DNA of 64,000 bases from Bacillota bacterium (GTDB lineage: Bacteria; Bacillota; Limnochordia; Limnochordales; DUMU01): contig DUMU01000033.1 in the NCBI GenBank assembly GCA_012839805.1, positions 71,567 to 135,566 on the forward strand, read 5' to 3'. Numbering within the stretch: position 1 is the first letter of the stretch; each line of letters starts with the position of its first letter. Positions 55,028 to 64,000 of this stretch are shown here, in pieces. The position numbers were made by a program, and so were the translations under genes. Below the pieces are notes generated by a model, which saw only the letters and a list, made by a program, of their open reading frames with translations, was not told the origin of the DNA and did no database searches.

Positions 55028-55813
55028 TCATCGATCCCCTTCGCCGGCCACCACCCGGCTCATACGCTCGGCATACTCCCGTACCGTGGGGATGAGGAGG
55101 CCTTCCACCAGGGCGTCCGTCCATCGGGACGTGGGCCCGGAAATGCTCAGGGCGGCTACGACTCTCCCACGGTCGTCTTTGATGGGGGCCGCTACGCAAC
55201 TCACCCCCTCTTCCATCTCCTGGTTCTCCTCCGCGAACCCCTGCTGGCGGATGAGGGCCAGGTGACGGATGAGCTGATCCCGATCCGCAATGGTATGCGG
55301 AGTGAAACGATGCAGCGGAACGGCGTGCAAGTATCGCTCCAGCTGCTCCGGAGGCAGGTGGGCCAGAAAGACCTTTCCTGACGCCGTGGCGTAGGCAGGA
55401 AGACGCCGGCCTACTTCCGCCAGGATGCGGATCCTGTGCGTCGACTGGACCTGGTCGACATAAACCGCTTCCACCCCGTCAAAGAGGACGATGTTGGCCG
55501 TTTCGTTGCAGCGCGAGACCACCTCTTCGAGGAGCGGCCGGACCAGGGTCCGCACCTCCATCCCGGGAATGGCGGCCTGGCCAAGGTCGAAGAGCTTGGC
55601 GGTCAGCCGGAAACCCCGCCGGGGGGCGCTGGCGACGAAACCCGCCTGGACCAGCGTCTGGAGGAGCCTATAGGTTGTACTTTCATTGAGTCCGATGCTA
55701 GCTGCGATCTCACCCAGCGGGAGTGCCCGGTCTTGCTGCCCCAGCAGCTCCAATATCTGCAGCGCCCGGAGCACCGCTTGAACTGGTTTCACCCCCGCTG
55801 CCTTCCCGGCCAT
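55028..55813 (-). CDS. IclR-family transcriptional regulator
   Basis: HTH segment VLRALQILELLGQQDRALPLGEIAASIGLNESTTYRLLQTL and a C-terminal effector domain. ATG 55813 is preferred, and the ORF opens at 55945. Confidence 0.85.
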   Translation of the reverse strand: MAGKAAGVKPVQAVLRALQILELLGQQDRALPLGEIAASIGLNESTTYRLLQTLVQAGFVASAPRRGFRLTAKLFDLGQAAIPGMEVRTLVRPLLEEVVSRCNETANIVLFDGVEAVYVDQVQSTHRIRILAEVGRRLPAYATASGKVFLAHLPPEQLERYLHAVPLHRFTPHTIADRDQLIRHLALIRQQGFAEENQEMEEGVSCVAAPIKDDRGRVVAALSISGPTSRWTDALVEGLLIPTVREYAERMSRVVAGEGDR

Positions 55814-55999
55814 GCCCAACCCCCCGATACCACAGTGAATCACACAATGAAAGTTGAGGTTGCACGCAACCAACTCTTTTCGGCACCCCGCTGCTGATCC
55901 CTGCTGGAGGGTTTGGCAATCCAAACCGCGAGGCGGCAGGAGCATTCTCCTGCGGGACGAATAGAGTCAGCACAGGAAGCAGGAAGATGGACGGAGGGC

Positions 56000-58120
56000 A
56001 TGAGAGTGTCGTTCGCCTTGAGCAACAACGTCAAGTCCATAGTCCAGTTCATGGCCTGGCCCGGTCCCGGCGGGGAGGCAACGGTGTCGCGAGGGGAGGC
56101 GACCTGGTCGTATCTGCAGGAAGGCCTGGAGATCATAGCCGGCGACTCCTTCTTTGGCGCCATAGAGATGACCACTATCTTGGACCCCGCCACCGAACAG
56201 GCATTCCGGGAATGGTTGACCCGGCACCCCCGGCTGTCTGTGATCTTCAGTGCCCAGCCCATCCAACTGCAAAACCTGGAAGGACTGGTTTCGCCTTTTG
56301 ACATCAGTGACCCGGACGAAGTCCGGCGCCGGGAGGCGGTGGCGAGGCTGAAGGAGGCCGTCGACGCCGCCTATCGCTGGGGGGCGACCCAGCTGGCTTT
56401 CGTGAGCGGCCGCGACGTGGGCCCGGACCGCCCGTCCTCACCGGGTAGCCCGGCGCCGGTGGCCGGAGCCGCGCTCTTGCCGCCGACCACGCGTGAGCTT
56501 GCCCGCGGTGCTCTGATCCGTTCCATTGCCGAGCTGGCCGCCTACTCCCGGGCGCGAGCCCAGGCGGAAGGCCGCGCCCCGCTCCTCCTGACCCTGGAGA
56601 TCTTCGACCGCCGGTCGAGCCCCGGGTGCAAGTGCCAGCTCATCGGACCGGCGGCCGAAGCTGTGGCTCTGGCCCGGACCGTGCGCGACCAGCTGGGCAT
56701 AGGGGAATTCGGGCTTCTCTACGATCTCAGCCACATGCTGCTCGCGGGGGACCATCCTTCACAAGCCGAGACTCCCGAGGTGTTGCGGCTCCTTGCTCCT
56801 TACCTGAACCATGTTCACCTGGGGACGTGTGTGACCGATCCCGGCGATCCCCTGGTAGGCGATACCCATCCCGGTTTCGATTACCCGGGAAGCGCGGTCG
56901 GCGACGACCTGCTATGTGCCTTTGTGCGGACGCTGGTGGAAATAGACTATCGGGGTCCGATCGGTTTCGAAGTAAAACCGGTGGGCAGCGAAGACCCGGC
57001 GGCCTTGGTGGCCAGCACCAAGGCCCACTTCCTGGCCGCGGCCAGCCGGCTCGAGGTGCGCTACGCACCGGGGTCGTATGCTTTCCGTTCTCAGCGCTAT
57101 TTCCCGCTCCCCCTGCTGAACCGGATCTCCGAGACTCGCCGGGAGCGGGGAGAACGACTGGTGGCCGAAGTGGCGGCCGCCCGCCGCCGCCGATCCGCCC
57201 TTGCGGGTACCGACGGTAAGCTGGTGATCCTGGCCGCCGATCACCCGGCGCGCAATGTCACCCGGGTAGGCGATGATCCCCTGGCCATGGGGGACCGGTT
57301 GGAGTATTTGGGCCGTACCGTCCGGGTCGTGGCCTCGCCCTGGGTCGACGGGGTGATGGCAACCCCCGACATCATCGAGGACCTGTTTCTGCTGGAGGGC
57401 CTGGCCAGGGAGGCGGGGCTTCCCGGTTTCCTGGACGAAAAGGTGATAATCGGGTCGATGAACCGTACGGGGCTCGCCGGTCTCGACTACGAGATGGACG
57501 ACCGGCTGAGTGCTTTCACCGCGGCGCGCCTCGCCGAACTGGGATGCGACGGCGCCAAGCTCCTCTTCCGCCTTGATAGCGGCCCGTTCTCCCGCTACTC
57601 CATCCAGACCATGGCCCACGTGTCTCAGGTAATGAACGACTGCCGCCATCATGGACTGCCGGTTTTCCTTGAACCACTGCCGGTGGAACGTACGGAACAG
57701 GGCTACCGGACGGTCCTCGACCCGGCCGCCCTTATCCGGATCGTAGGCATCGCCTCCGCCATGGGCGAGTCCTCGCTCGGCGTTTGGCTGAAGATCCCGT
57801 ATGTGGAGGGTTATGCCGACGTGGTTCGGGCGACCACTTTGCCCATTCTGATGCTGGGTGGCGAATCCCGGGAAAACCCGCTGCCCACTTTGGTCCAGTT
57901 TGAACGGGGCATGGGGGCGGGGGCGAACGTCCGCGGGGCTTTGGTGGGCCGCAACATCCTGTATCCCGGCCGTGATGATCCTGCCGCGGTGGCGCTGGCC
58001 GTCTATCGCATTGTTCATCAAGGATACTCGACCGCCCGGGCGATAGATGAACTCCGTTCCTACCGGGATGCGGATCTTGACCGGTGGAAGCCCCTGCTGG
58101 ATCGGGAGGTCGGGAATTGA
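56000..58120 (+). CDS. fusion of a xylose-isomerase-like TIM barrel with a class-I-aldolase-like (DeoC/LacD/Cgl0159-type) barrel
   Basis: The N-terminal ~390 aa carry YDLSHMLL, HVHLGTCV and GFEVKP. The C-terminal ~300 aa carry KLVILAADHPAR, DGAKLLFRL, WLKIPY and LVGRNI. GGAGGG lies upstream of ATG 56000. Confidence 0.65.
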   Translation: MRVSFALSNNVKSIVQFMAWPGPGGEATVSRGEATWSYLQEGLEIIAGDSFFGAIEMTTILDPATEQAFREWLTRHPRLSVIFSAQPIQLQNLEGLVSPFDISDPDEVRRREAVARLKEAVDAAYRWGATQLAFVSGRDVGPDRPSSPGSPAPVAGAALLPPTTRELARGALIRSIAELAAYSRARAQAEGRAPLLLTLEIFDRRSSPGCKCQLIGPAAEAVALARTVRDQLGIGEFGLLYDLSHMLLAGDHPSQAETPEVLRLLAPYLNHVHLGTCVTDPGDPLVGDTHPGFDYPGSAVGDDLLCAFVRTLVEIDYRGPIGFEVKPVGSEDPAALVASTKAHFLAAASRLEVRYAPGSYAFRSQRYFPLPLLNRISETRRERGERLVAEVAAARRRRSALAGTDGKLVILAADHPARNVTRVGDDPLAMGDRLEYLGRTVRVVASPWVDGVMATPDIIEDLFLLEGLAREAGLPGFLDEKVIIGSMNRTGLAGLDYEMDDRLSAFTAARLAELGCDGAKLLFRLDSGPFSRYSIQTMAHVSQVMNDCRHHGLPVFLEPLPVERTEQGYRTVLDPAALIRIVGIASAMGESSLGVWLKIPYVEGYADVVRATTLPILMLGGESRENPLPTLVQFERGMGAGANVRGALVGRNILYPGRDDPAAVALAVYRIVHQGYSTARAIDELRSYRDADLDRWKPLLDREVGN

Positions 58121-58201
58121 TGGCCGGTCCGCCCGACCGATCAAGGGAGATGCTGGGGAGATGCTGGTGGTAGGCCGCGCCGGGCAGGCGGTGAGGCTGG
58201 C

Positions 58202-59071
58202 TTGACCGGCCAGGAGCGGCTGGAGCAGTGGGAGCTACGGTGGGAGAGGGGGCTTTCCGGCCGGCTCATCTGCGACCTGCAGGTGCAGGGGCCGCCGGCC
58301 TTCGCAAGCTACCTCGCCTTCTCCTTCCCGAGCTGGGAGTGGAGCCCGGTCATGCCGCCCCGGCAAGCCCCCTTCCACTGGGCAGTCTACGGGTTCTGCG
58401 GGGAGGGGGAGGACGGAGAAGACACCCTGGCTGCCCTGCTCAACGCTTTTCGCGGCCGGTATCTGGTGGAGGCAGGAAGCTACGGGCCCCTCGCGGCCGT
58501 GATGGCGCTCTTTCCCCACGGCGAATACCTGGGCGAGTTTCAGCCCACCCGCTGGGGAGCCTCCATCATGGCATCCAAGGGAAACCAGACGAGGGGCGCT
58601 TGGCAGTCCGCGGCAGTAACTGACGAAGAGTGGTGGTCGGAGCTGGGAAGCTTTCTTTCCGTACAGCCCTGGGCGGCTACGGTCCGGGGGGTAGCCGCCA
58701 TACCTCCGGTCGAGCGACCGCCCGGCTACCCGGCTTCCAGTCCCTCCCTCGTCCAGCGCATGGCCGAACGAGCACGGACTCGTTACGGTTTGAAAGAGGT
58801 TACCCTTGTCCTTGACCTTGACACCCCGCAAAAACATGTGGCCGAACCGCGGCAGCGCTGGCTCAACCTGGAGCAGAAGTTTACCGTACCGGAGGACTTG
58901 CCGGAGGATCTGCAATCCAACACCATCCTCGTGCTCGACGACGTGCTCTCCACCGGGGCGACGTTGCGGCAGGCCGGCTACGCCTTGAAACGAGCCGGAG
59001 CGGCTTGCGTTGTCGCCCTCGCTTTGACCCGGGCCTATCCACACCATATCGCACTCAAGGAGGCTTTCTGA
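58202..59071 (+). CDS. ComF-family (type I phosphoribosyltransferase fold) protein with a divergent N-terminal region
   Basis: C-terminal PRPP-loop ILVLDDVLSTGATL preceded by a ComF-like RQRWLNLEQKFTV. The N-terminal ~170 aa lack the usual Cys-rich zinc finger. TTG start. Confidence 0.55.
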   Translation: MTGQERLEQWELRWERGLSGRLICDLQVQGPPAFASYLAFSFPSWEWSPVMPPRQAPFHWAVYGFCGEGEDGEDTLAALLNAFRGRYLVEAGSYGPLAAVMALFPHGEYLGEFQPTRWGASIMASKGNQTRGAWQSAAVTDEEWWSELGSFLSVQPWAATVRGVAAIPPVERPPGYPASSPSLVQRMAERARTRYGLKEVTLVLDLDTPQKHVAEPRQRWLNLEQKFTVPEDLPEDLQSNTILVLDDVLSTGATLRQAGYALKRAGAACVVALALTRAYPHHIALKEAF

Positions 59072-59073
59072 CC

Positions 59074-59589
59074 ATGCGAACCGCCCGTGATCTTTCCCGT
59101 CTCGCACTGCTCGTAGCTTTAGGCATTCTGCTACCGCTCTTTTTCCACCTCACCAACATTCCGGGGAAGGTATTCTTACCCATGCACCTCCCGGTCCTGC
59201 TGGCCGGCTTCCTGCTGGGGCCCGTAGCCGGTCTCGTCGTCGGGTTGGTTTCCCCCCTGGTGAACTTCGTTCTTTCCGGCATGCCGCCCCTCTCTCCGCC
59301 GATCCTGCCGGTTATGGTGATAGAGTTGAGCGTCTACGGCCTGGTGGCCGGAGCCGGTGTCCGGGCCCGGCGGGTCGAGCACCTGTTCCTGGTTTTGGCG
59401 CTGGCGATGCTGGCCGGCCGGCTGGCCATGGGCCTGGCCATCTGGCTGGTCGGTCCCGCCTTCGGATGGCCCTTCCAGCCCTATCCGTACGTGGCCGGGG
59501 CGGTGGTCACGGGCTTGCCCGGCATCGTAATCCAGTTCGTCGTGATCCCTCCCATCGTTCGGGCCATCCGCCGCTTGTGGGGCCTGTAG
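59074..59589 (+). CDS. ECF-transporter S-component-like membrane protein
   Basis: 171 aa with 5-6 TM segments. AAGGAGG lies upstream of the ATG, and the gene starts 3 nt after the ComF-like stop. Confidence 0.5.
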   Translation: MRTARDLSRLALLVALGILLPLFFHLTNIPGKVFLPMHLPVLLAGFLLGPVAGLVVGLVSPLVNFVLSGMPPLSPPILPVMVIELSVYGLVAGAGVRARRVEHLFLVLALAMLAGRLAMGLAIWLVGPAFGWPFQPYPYVAGAVVTGLPGIVIQFVVIPPIVRAIRRLWGL

Positions 59590-59676
59590 TCCGGGCCGCG
59601 GTGGCCGGCCGTGCCTTGGGCCAGGGGCAGGGGCGTCTTGCTGCCGGCGACCCGGGTTTGGGGGCTATAGCTGCTC

Positions 59677-61212
59677 TTGCGGCTGCCGATGCATGGGAAG
59701 AGGAGCGTGCGCAAAAGGGGGCGCCGTCGTGTGAACGACTTGTTAGGCCTTGGGAAGGTGGGAAGGCGGCTCGCCTTGCACATTGGGGTGATCGTCCTCC
59801 TCGCGGTCGGGACCGCAGGTTACCTTCTTTACTCAGCCCTCAGCCTGAAGCGGGAACTCGCGGGAGCGCAGGCGAGCCTGGTCGGAGGGGAAGTTGCGGT
59901 AGCCGTGGCGGCCCTCATCGCGATACCGCTGGTAGGCATACTTGCCAGTGTGAACATCGCTCGCCGGGTGGTCCGGCCGCTGCGGCAGTTGCAAGCGCAA
60001 GCCGAAGCCCTCGCCAGCGGTGAGGTCGATCTGCGCCGGGAGCTGACCATCGACAGCGACGATGAGACGGGGCAGGTGGCCCGCGCCTTCAACCGCTTCA
60101 TGGGTATCTTGCGGGAACTGGTGGGGCAAGTGACTCGTACCGCGACGGAAGTGGGCGCCACGAGCGAGCAGCTGGTTGCCTCTTCTGAACAGTCCGCCAC
60201 CTCCACGCGGCAGATCAGCGACGTGGTCGAACAACTTGCACAGGGTGCCCAGGAGCAGTCGAACAGCGCCCAGTCGACCCACGAGAGCATGCAACGGCTG
60301 GACGCGGCCATCTCCCGCCTGGTGGGCATCGTCAAGGAACAGGCCGGCGCCGCCGAGGGGAGCCGTGCTTTGATGGAAACGGTGGGGGAAGCGGTCAACA
60401 CCCTCCGGGAATCGACGCAGAAACTCGCCGATGCCTCAGCGGAGGCGTCCGAGTCAGCCCTTCACGGCCAGCAACGCGTAGCCAACACCATCAGCGGCTT
60501 CAGAGGTATCAGCCAGGCGGTGGAAGAAGTAGCCGTGGCGGTACGTGAGCTTGGCAGCCGCTCGGCCAAGATCGGAGAGATCATACAGGTCATCGACGAG
60601 ATCGCCGACCAGACCAATCTCCTTGCCCTCAACGCGGCCATCGAAGCTGCCCGGGCCGGCGAGCACGGCAAGGGGTTTGCCGTCGTCGCCGACGAGGTAC
60701 GGCGCCTGGCCGAAAAGTCCCGGCAGGCTACCAAGGAGATAGCGAGCATCATCCAAACCATGCAGCAGAGTGTCGCTACCGCCGTGGCCAGCATGGAAAA
60801 GGGAAACGAAGCCGTTGCCCAGGGCACGAGCCTGGTCGAGGACATGGGGACGGGCTTTGAGGACATTGCGCGGGCGGTGCGCGAAACCGACCAGGCGGTG
60901 CAGGCGATCCAGGACGCCCTCGAGGGAATCGTGGGTGCTACCCGGAAAGTCGAGGAGACCATGGGACGCCTCGCGGTCCTCGCCGAGCAGAGCCGGGAGG
61001 CCACGGAAGAGATGGCCCGGAGCGCCGGAACCGTTCGCCAGGCGATCGAGACGATCGCCGCGGTGACGGAGCAGAGTGCGGCGGCGGCCGAGGAAGCTTC
61101 GGCATCCACGGAGGAGGTACATGCCTCCGCGACCAGCGTGTCCGAAGCGGCCCGGCGCCTGGCGGGTATGGCGGAGACCTTGCAGCAGCTAGCGAGCCGC
61201 TTTCGGGTCTGA
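59677..61212 (+). CDS. methyl-accepting chemotaxis protein (single TM anchor, HAMP, MCP signalling domain)
   Basis: Carries the conserved hairpin [31 protein letters not shown] and has no sizeable periplasmic sensor domain. The start is TTG 59677 or ATG 59689. Confidence 0.85.
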   Translation: MRLPMHGKRSVRKRGRRRVNDLLGLGKVGRRLALHIGVIVLLAVGTAGYLLYSALSLKRELAGAQASLVGGEVAVAVAALIAIPLVGILASVNIARRVVRPLRQLQAQAEALASGEVDLRRELTIDSDDETGQVARAFNRFMGILRELVGQVTRTATEVGATSEQLVASSEQSATSTRQISDVVEQLAQGAQEQSNSAQSTHESMQRLDAAISRLVGIVKEQAGAAEGSRALMETVGEAVNTLRESTQKLADASAEASESALHGQQRVANTISGFRGISQAVEEVAVAVRELGSRSAKIGEIIQVIDEIADQTNLLALNAAIEAARAGEHGKGFAVVADEVRRLAEKSRQATKEIASIIQTMQQSVATAVASMEKGNEAVAQGTSLVEDMGTGFEDIARAVRETDQAVQAIQDALEGIVGATRKVEETMGRLAVLAEQSREATEEMARSAGTVRQAIETIAAVTEQSAAAAEEASASTEEVHASATSVSEAARRLAGMAETLQQLASRFRV

Positions 61213-61989
61213 TAGCCGGTATCGAAGAAAAAGCTCGCTTTCCACCCGGAAAACCGAAATCAGTTGGAGCTCGACGGGAGGCCAGAAGGGCTCTCCTTCG
61301 ACCAGGGAGAGGTTGAGGAGCATGTTGCCCCCAGCCTTTCTAGTGTCCGTAGTGGCCCCGGCAGCGTCGCGGCGATTGTGACCGCTTCCTGCCAGTCGCG
61401 GAGCCAGGGTGAGGAAGAGCTCATCCACGGCCCCCGCGGCCAGGAAAGCACGGTTCAAGTGCGGGCCTCCCTCGAGCAGCAGTCGACGCACTGCTTTCTC
61501 TTCTCCGAGCCGGCGGAGCACGGCCGGTAAGTCGTCCTCTGTCTCCCACACTTCGGCTCCTGCTTGTCGCAACGCTTTGAGCCTGTCCCCGGAAAGGCGA
61601 GGAGCCACGACCAGGGGAGGCCGGGGCGCGCCGGTGAAGAAGCTCGCCTCCACGGGCAACCGGCCGCTACGGGTGAAGACCACCGCGAGGGGCTGGCGAG
61701 TCTCGCGCGGTTCGGCCCAGGGGTAGTAGGGGCTCTGCCGAACGGTCTCGGCCCCTCGCGCCACCGCGTCGAAATGGGTTCGGAGTCTTTTCATCAGTGT
61801 TCGATCAACGGGACTGCCGATCCGTTCGGCCACCGGCTTCCCTTCCCGGCTCAAGGTCGTGCGGCCGTCCACCGTGCTCACCATATTGATCGCTACATAG
61901 GGACGGCCGGGTGGGGGGGGAGGAAAGACGAGATCGTCGTAAAAGGTGGGGAGGCAAGGAGGGGCGGTGTCCGTGGCCTGGCCTGGCAT
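61189..61989 (-). CDS. RibD C-terminal-domain (pyrimidine reductase / DHFR-like) protein
   Basis: Carries [13 protein letters not shown] and [31 protein letters not shown] 61989 is preceded by AGGAGG, and the ORF opens at 62163. Confidence 0.7.
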   Translation of the reverse strand: MPGQATDTAPPCLPTFYDDLVFPPPPPGRPYVAINMVSTVDGRTTLSREGKPVAERIGSPVDRTLMKRLRTHFDAVARGAETVRQSPYYPWAEPRETRQPLAVVFTRSGRLPVEASFFTGAPRPPLVVAPRLSGDRLKALRQAGAEVWETEDDLPAVLRRLGEEKAVRRLLLEGGPHLNRAFLAAGAVDELFLTLAPRLAGSGHNRRDAAGATTDTRKAGGNMLLNLSLVEGEPFWPPVELQLISVFRVESELFLRYRLSDPKAAR

Positions 61990-62181
61990 GTGGTGTTCCT
62001 CCTGACCCGGAATCGTGGCCTGCATCTCCATCAAAATGTGGCCCGCATGAGTTAGGACCGTCATCAGTTTATAGGTTCGCGAGGTGTTAGCCTTTCTCCT
62101 TTGCGGGTAAGTTTCGGCCCGGGTTAGGGGCAAGCTCTTAAAGAAAAAGCTCCCTCTGGCCAAGGCGAAAGGAGTTGCCGG

Positions 62182-64000
62182 ATGCCTGGGTTTGTCTTCG
62201 AGCCTTCGGAACGTAGCTTCGTAAACCGCCTCGCTCCCGGCCGCTGGCTCATCCGCTTTCGCACGGTGAGCGAGACGGAGGCTGCCGTCACCGGGGTCTC
62301 CCTGGTCGTTCGCCCGGGTGAACCCGCCGAGCAGCCGGAGCAGGTCGAGGTCGGAGGCCCTCCGCCCTTACTCCGTTACCCGCTTGTTCTCATCGATACG
62401 GACGCCGGGAACGGAAGCGTCACCGCCTTTTGGGAGGCGATCGTCGAGCTCAAAGAGTGGGCGGCCTCCTACCAATTTGTGGCTGAGGCGGGCACCCGGC
62501 TTTGGGCCATCGGCCCGGAGGGGCAAGCTCTGCTCGCCACGGCCACCTCCCCGCCCTGCCTGCCGGAGGTGGGCTGGTATTCCTTGCGGGAGACCTGCCA
62601 ACCGCTGTATCCGGTGGTGCCGTGGACCCAGGAGGCGGTCGTATACCAGATATTCCCAGACCGCTTTGCCAACGCCGACACCAAGAACGATCCGCCCGGG
62701 ACGACTCCCTGGAACGGGCCCATCCGCCCCGATACCTCGAGGCAGTATTTTGGGGGCGACCTGGCCGGAATCCGCCAGAGACTCCCCTACTTGAACGAGC
62801 TGGGAGTGACGGCGCTCTACCTGAACCCGATTTTCGCCGCCTCCAGTTCACACCGGTACGACACGGTGGACTACCGCCGGATTGATCCCTCCCTTGGGAC
62901 GCTGGACGATTTCCGCGCCCTGCTGGACGATGCGCACCGGATGGGGATACGGATCATCCTCGACGGGGTCTTCAACCACGTGGGCACGGGCTTTTGGGCC
63001 TTTCAGGACGTCTGCCGGCGGGGAGCGGCCTCGCCGTACGTGGACTGGTTCTACATCCACTCGTTTCCGGTGCGCCCTGATCTCGGTAACTACGAGTGCT
63101 GGTGGGGGATTCCGTCCTTGCCCAAGCTGAACGTCTCCCACCGGCCCGTCCGGGAACACCTCCTCGAGGTCGTGAGGTATTGGACCGCGTTCGGTATCGA
63201 CGGTTGGCGTCTCGACGTCCCCAACGAGATCCAGGTGCTGGGCTTTTGGGAGGAATTCCGCCAGGTGGTCAAGAGCATCAACCCCCAGGCCTACATTGTG
63301 GGGGAGATCTGGAGGCCCGACCCCAGCTGGCTGCAGGGTGATCGGTTCGACGGGCTGATGAACTACCCTTGGGGTCTGGATGCCCTCGTACCGTTTTTCC
63401 GTAACGAGCGGGGCTGGACGCCGAGCCGGCTACGCTCCGTCATCCGGCATCTTCTCTGGGCTTACCCGCCGCAGGCGCTCGCGATGATGTTCAATGTGGT
63501 GGACTCGCACGACACGGACCGGGTTCTCTCCCTGCTCGGGGGAGGCAACCTGGGTGAGAAACCCCGCCCCGAGGCGGTGGCAAGACTCAAGGCGCTGGCC
63601 GCGGTGCAGTTTACCCTTCCGGGTGTACCCGTGATCTACTACGGGGATGAGCGCGGCATGCTGGGGGAAAAGCGTGACAACTGGGATGCCCAGCGGGCCC
63701 CCGTCAACTGGCAGGAGCGCAATGAGGAACTCTTCCAGTGGTATAAGAGACTGATCCAGATCAGGAGAACCCATCCTGCCCTGCGCGGCAGCCGCCTCAC
63801 CTTCGTGCTGGCGGACGACCACACCGGAGTGCTCGCCTTCCGGAGGCCGGATCCTCGCGACTTGGAAAACCCGGCGAGCGGGCTCTTCACTGCCACTACG
63901 GCCCGGGACGAACCTACCCGTTCCTTTTTGCCGCTGCCCGAAGTACCCGGAGGCTACCTGGACCTGCTTTCCGGGAAGCGGTTCTACAGTGAGCCCCGCG
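62182..64000 (+). CDS. GH13 alpha-amylase-family enzyme (neopullulanase/cyclomaltodextrinase-like), 3' end outside the window
   Basis: Not in the supplied ORF track because it runs off the window. I translated it by hand from ATG 62182, which follows AAAGGAG. GH13 regions I-IV are DGVFNHVG, GIDGWRLDVPNEI, VGEIW and VVDSHDTDR. Confidence 0.85.
   Translation, partial: MPGFVFEPSERSFVNRLAPGRWLIRFRTVSETEAAVTGVSLVVRPGEPAEQPEQVEVGGPPPLLRYPLVLIDTDAGNGSVTAFWEAIVELKEWAASYQFVAEAGTRLWAIGPEGQALLATATSPPCLPEVGWYSLRETCQPLYPVVPWTQEAVVYQIFPDRFANADTKNDPPGTTPWNGPIRPDTSRQYFGGDLAGIRQRLPYLNELGVTALYLNPIFAASSSHRYDTVDYRRIDPSLGTLDDFRALLDDAHRMGIRIILDGVFNHVGTGFWAFQDVCRRGAASPYVDWFYIHSFPVRPDLGNYECWWGIPSLPKLNVSHRPVREHLLEVVRYWTAFGIDGWRLDVPNEIQVLGFWEEFRQVVKSINPQAYIVGEIWRPDPSWLQGDRFDGLMNYPWGLDALVPFFRNERGWTPSRLRSVIRHLLWAYPPQALAMMFNVVDSHDTDRVLSLLGGGNLGEKPRPEAVARLKALAAVQFTLPGVPVIYYGDERGMLGEKRDNWDAQRAPVNWQERNEELFQWYKRLIQIRRTHPALRGSRLTFVLADDHTGVLAFRRPDPRDLENPASGLFTATTARDEPTRSFLPLPEVPGGYLDLLSGKRFYSEPR

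Noticed and set aside
1-64000. Search for mobile elements, prophage remnants, toxin-antitoxin pairs or known defence systems. This covered transposase DDE motifs, integrase R-H-R-Y, restriction-modification methyltransferase motifs, and Cas/Abi/nuclease-NTPase pairs.
   Set aside because: None of the credible ORFs shows such motifs. There are no flanking inverted or direct repeats around any gene block, and composition looks uniform apart from short AT-rich promoter patches. The window looks like core metabolic chromosome with glycan-utilisation islands.

Overview
The window is a GC-rich bacterial chromosomal segment with a strong G/C third-position bias, so every real gene is shadowed by long spurious antisense or alternate-frame ORFs. 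Gene content and recurrent Gly/Ala/Pro/Glu low-complexity inserts in housekeeping enzymes suggest a thermophilic, Firmicutes-like high-GC lineage. That placement is inference only. I call about 50 protein genes, two tRNA-Ser genes, one T-box leader and a few promoters, terminators and tandem repeats. Contents in order: (1) The 3' end of an [FeFe]-hydrogenase gene. (2) A long minus-strand glycan-utilisation block at 3980-15958, with GH36, a YkoF-like protein, an enlarged GH172, GH38, a BNR propeller and a ribokinase::SIS fusion, facing a GPH symporter. (3) Two CNNM/CorC transporters, an M32 carboxypeptidase and a sugar kinase / TIM-barrel / two Gfo-Idh-MocA module. (4) korAB, niaR-ispH, and a Ser T-box in front of an AGXT-type aminotransferase. 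(5) ilvD, an insert-bearing lpd, an RRM RNA-binding protein, hsp20, yggS and tadA plus the two tRNA-Ser genes. (6) GH3 and GH130, then a truncated pyr cluster (carA-pyrK-pyrD-pyrE, with no carB or pyrF). (7) gdh, an IclR regulator divergent from a TIM-barrel::aldolase fusion, a ComF-like protein plus an ECF S-component, an MCP, a RibD_C protein and the 5' part of a GH13 gene. I found no rRNA, CRISPR array, transposase, integrase or recognisable defence gene. The most interesting items are the ribokinase-A5P-isomerase fusion next to GH172, which may indicate a D-arabinofuranoside route, and the Ser(UCC) T-box controlling a non-canonical aminotransferase. The TIM-barrel::aldolase fusion with its IclR partner, and several short non-coding repeat or structure elements, also merit a look. 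All functional calls rest on motif recognition by eye. No database search was run.
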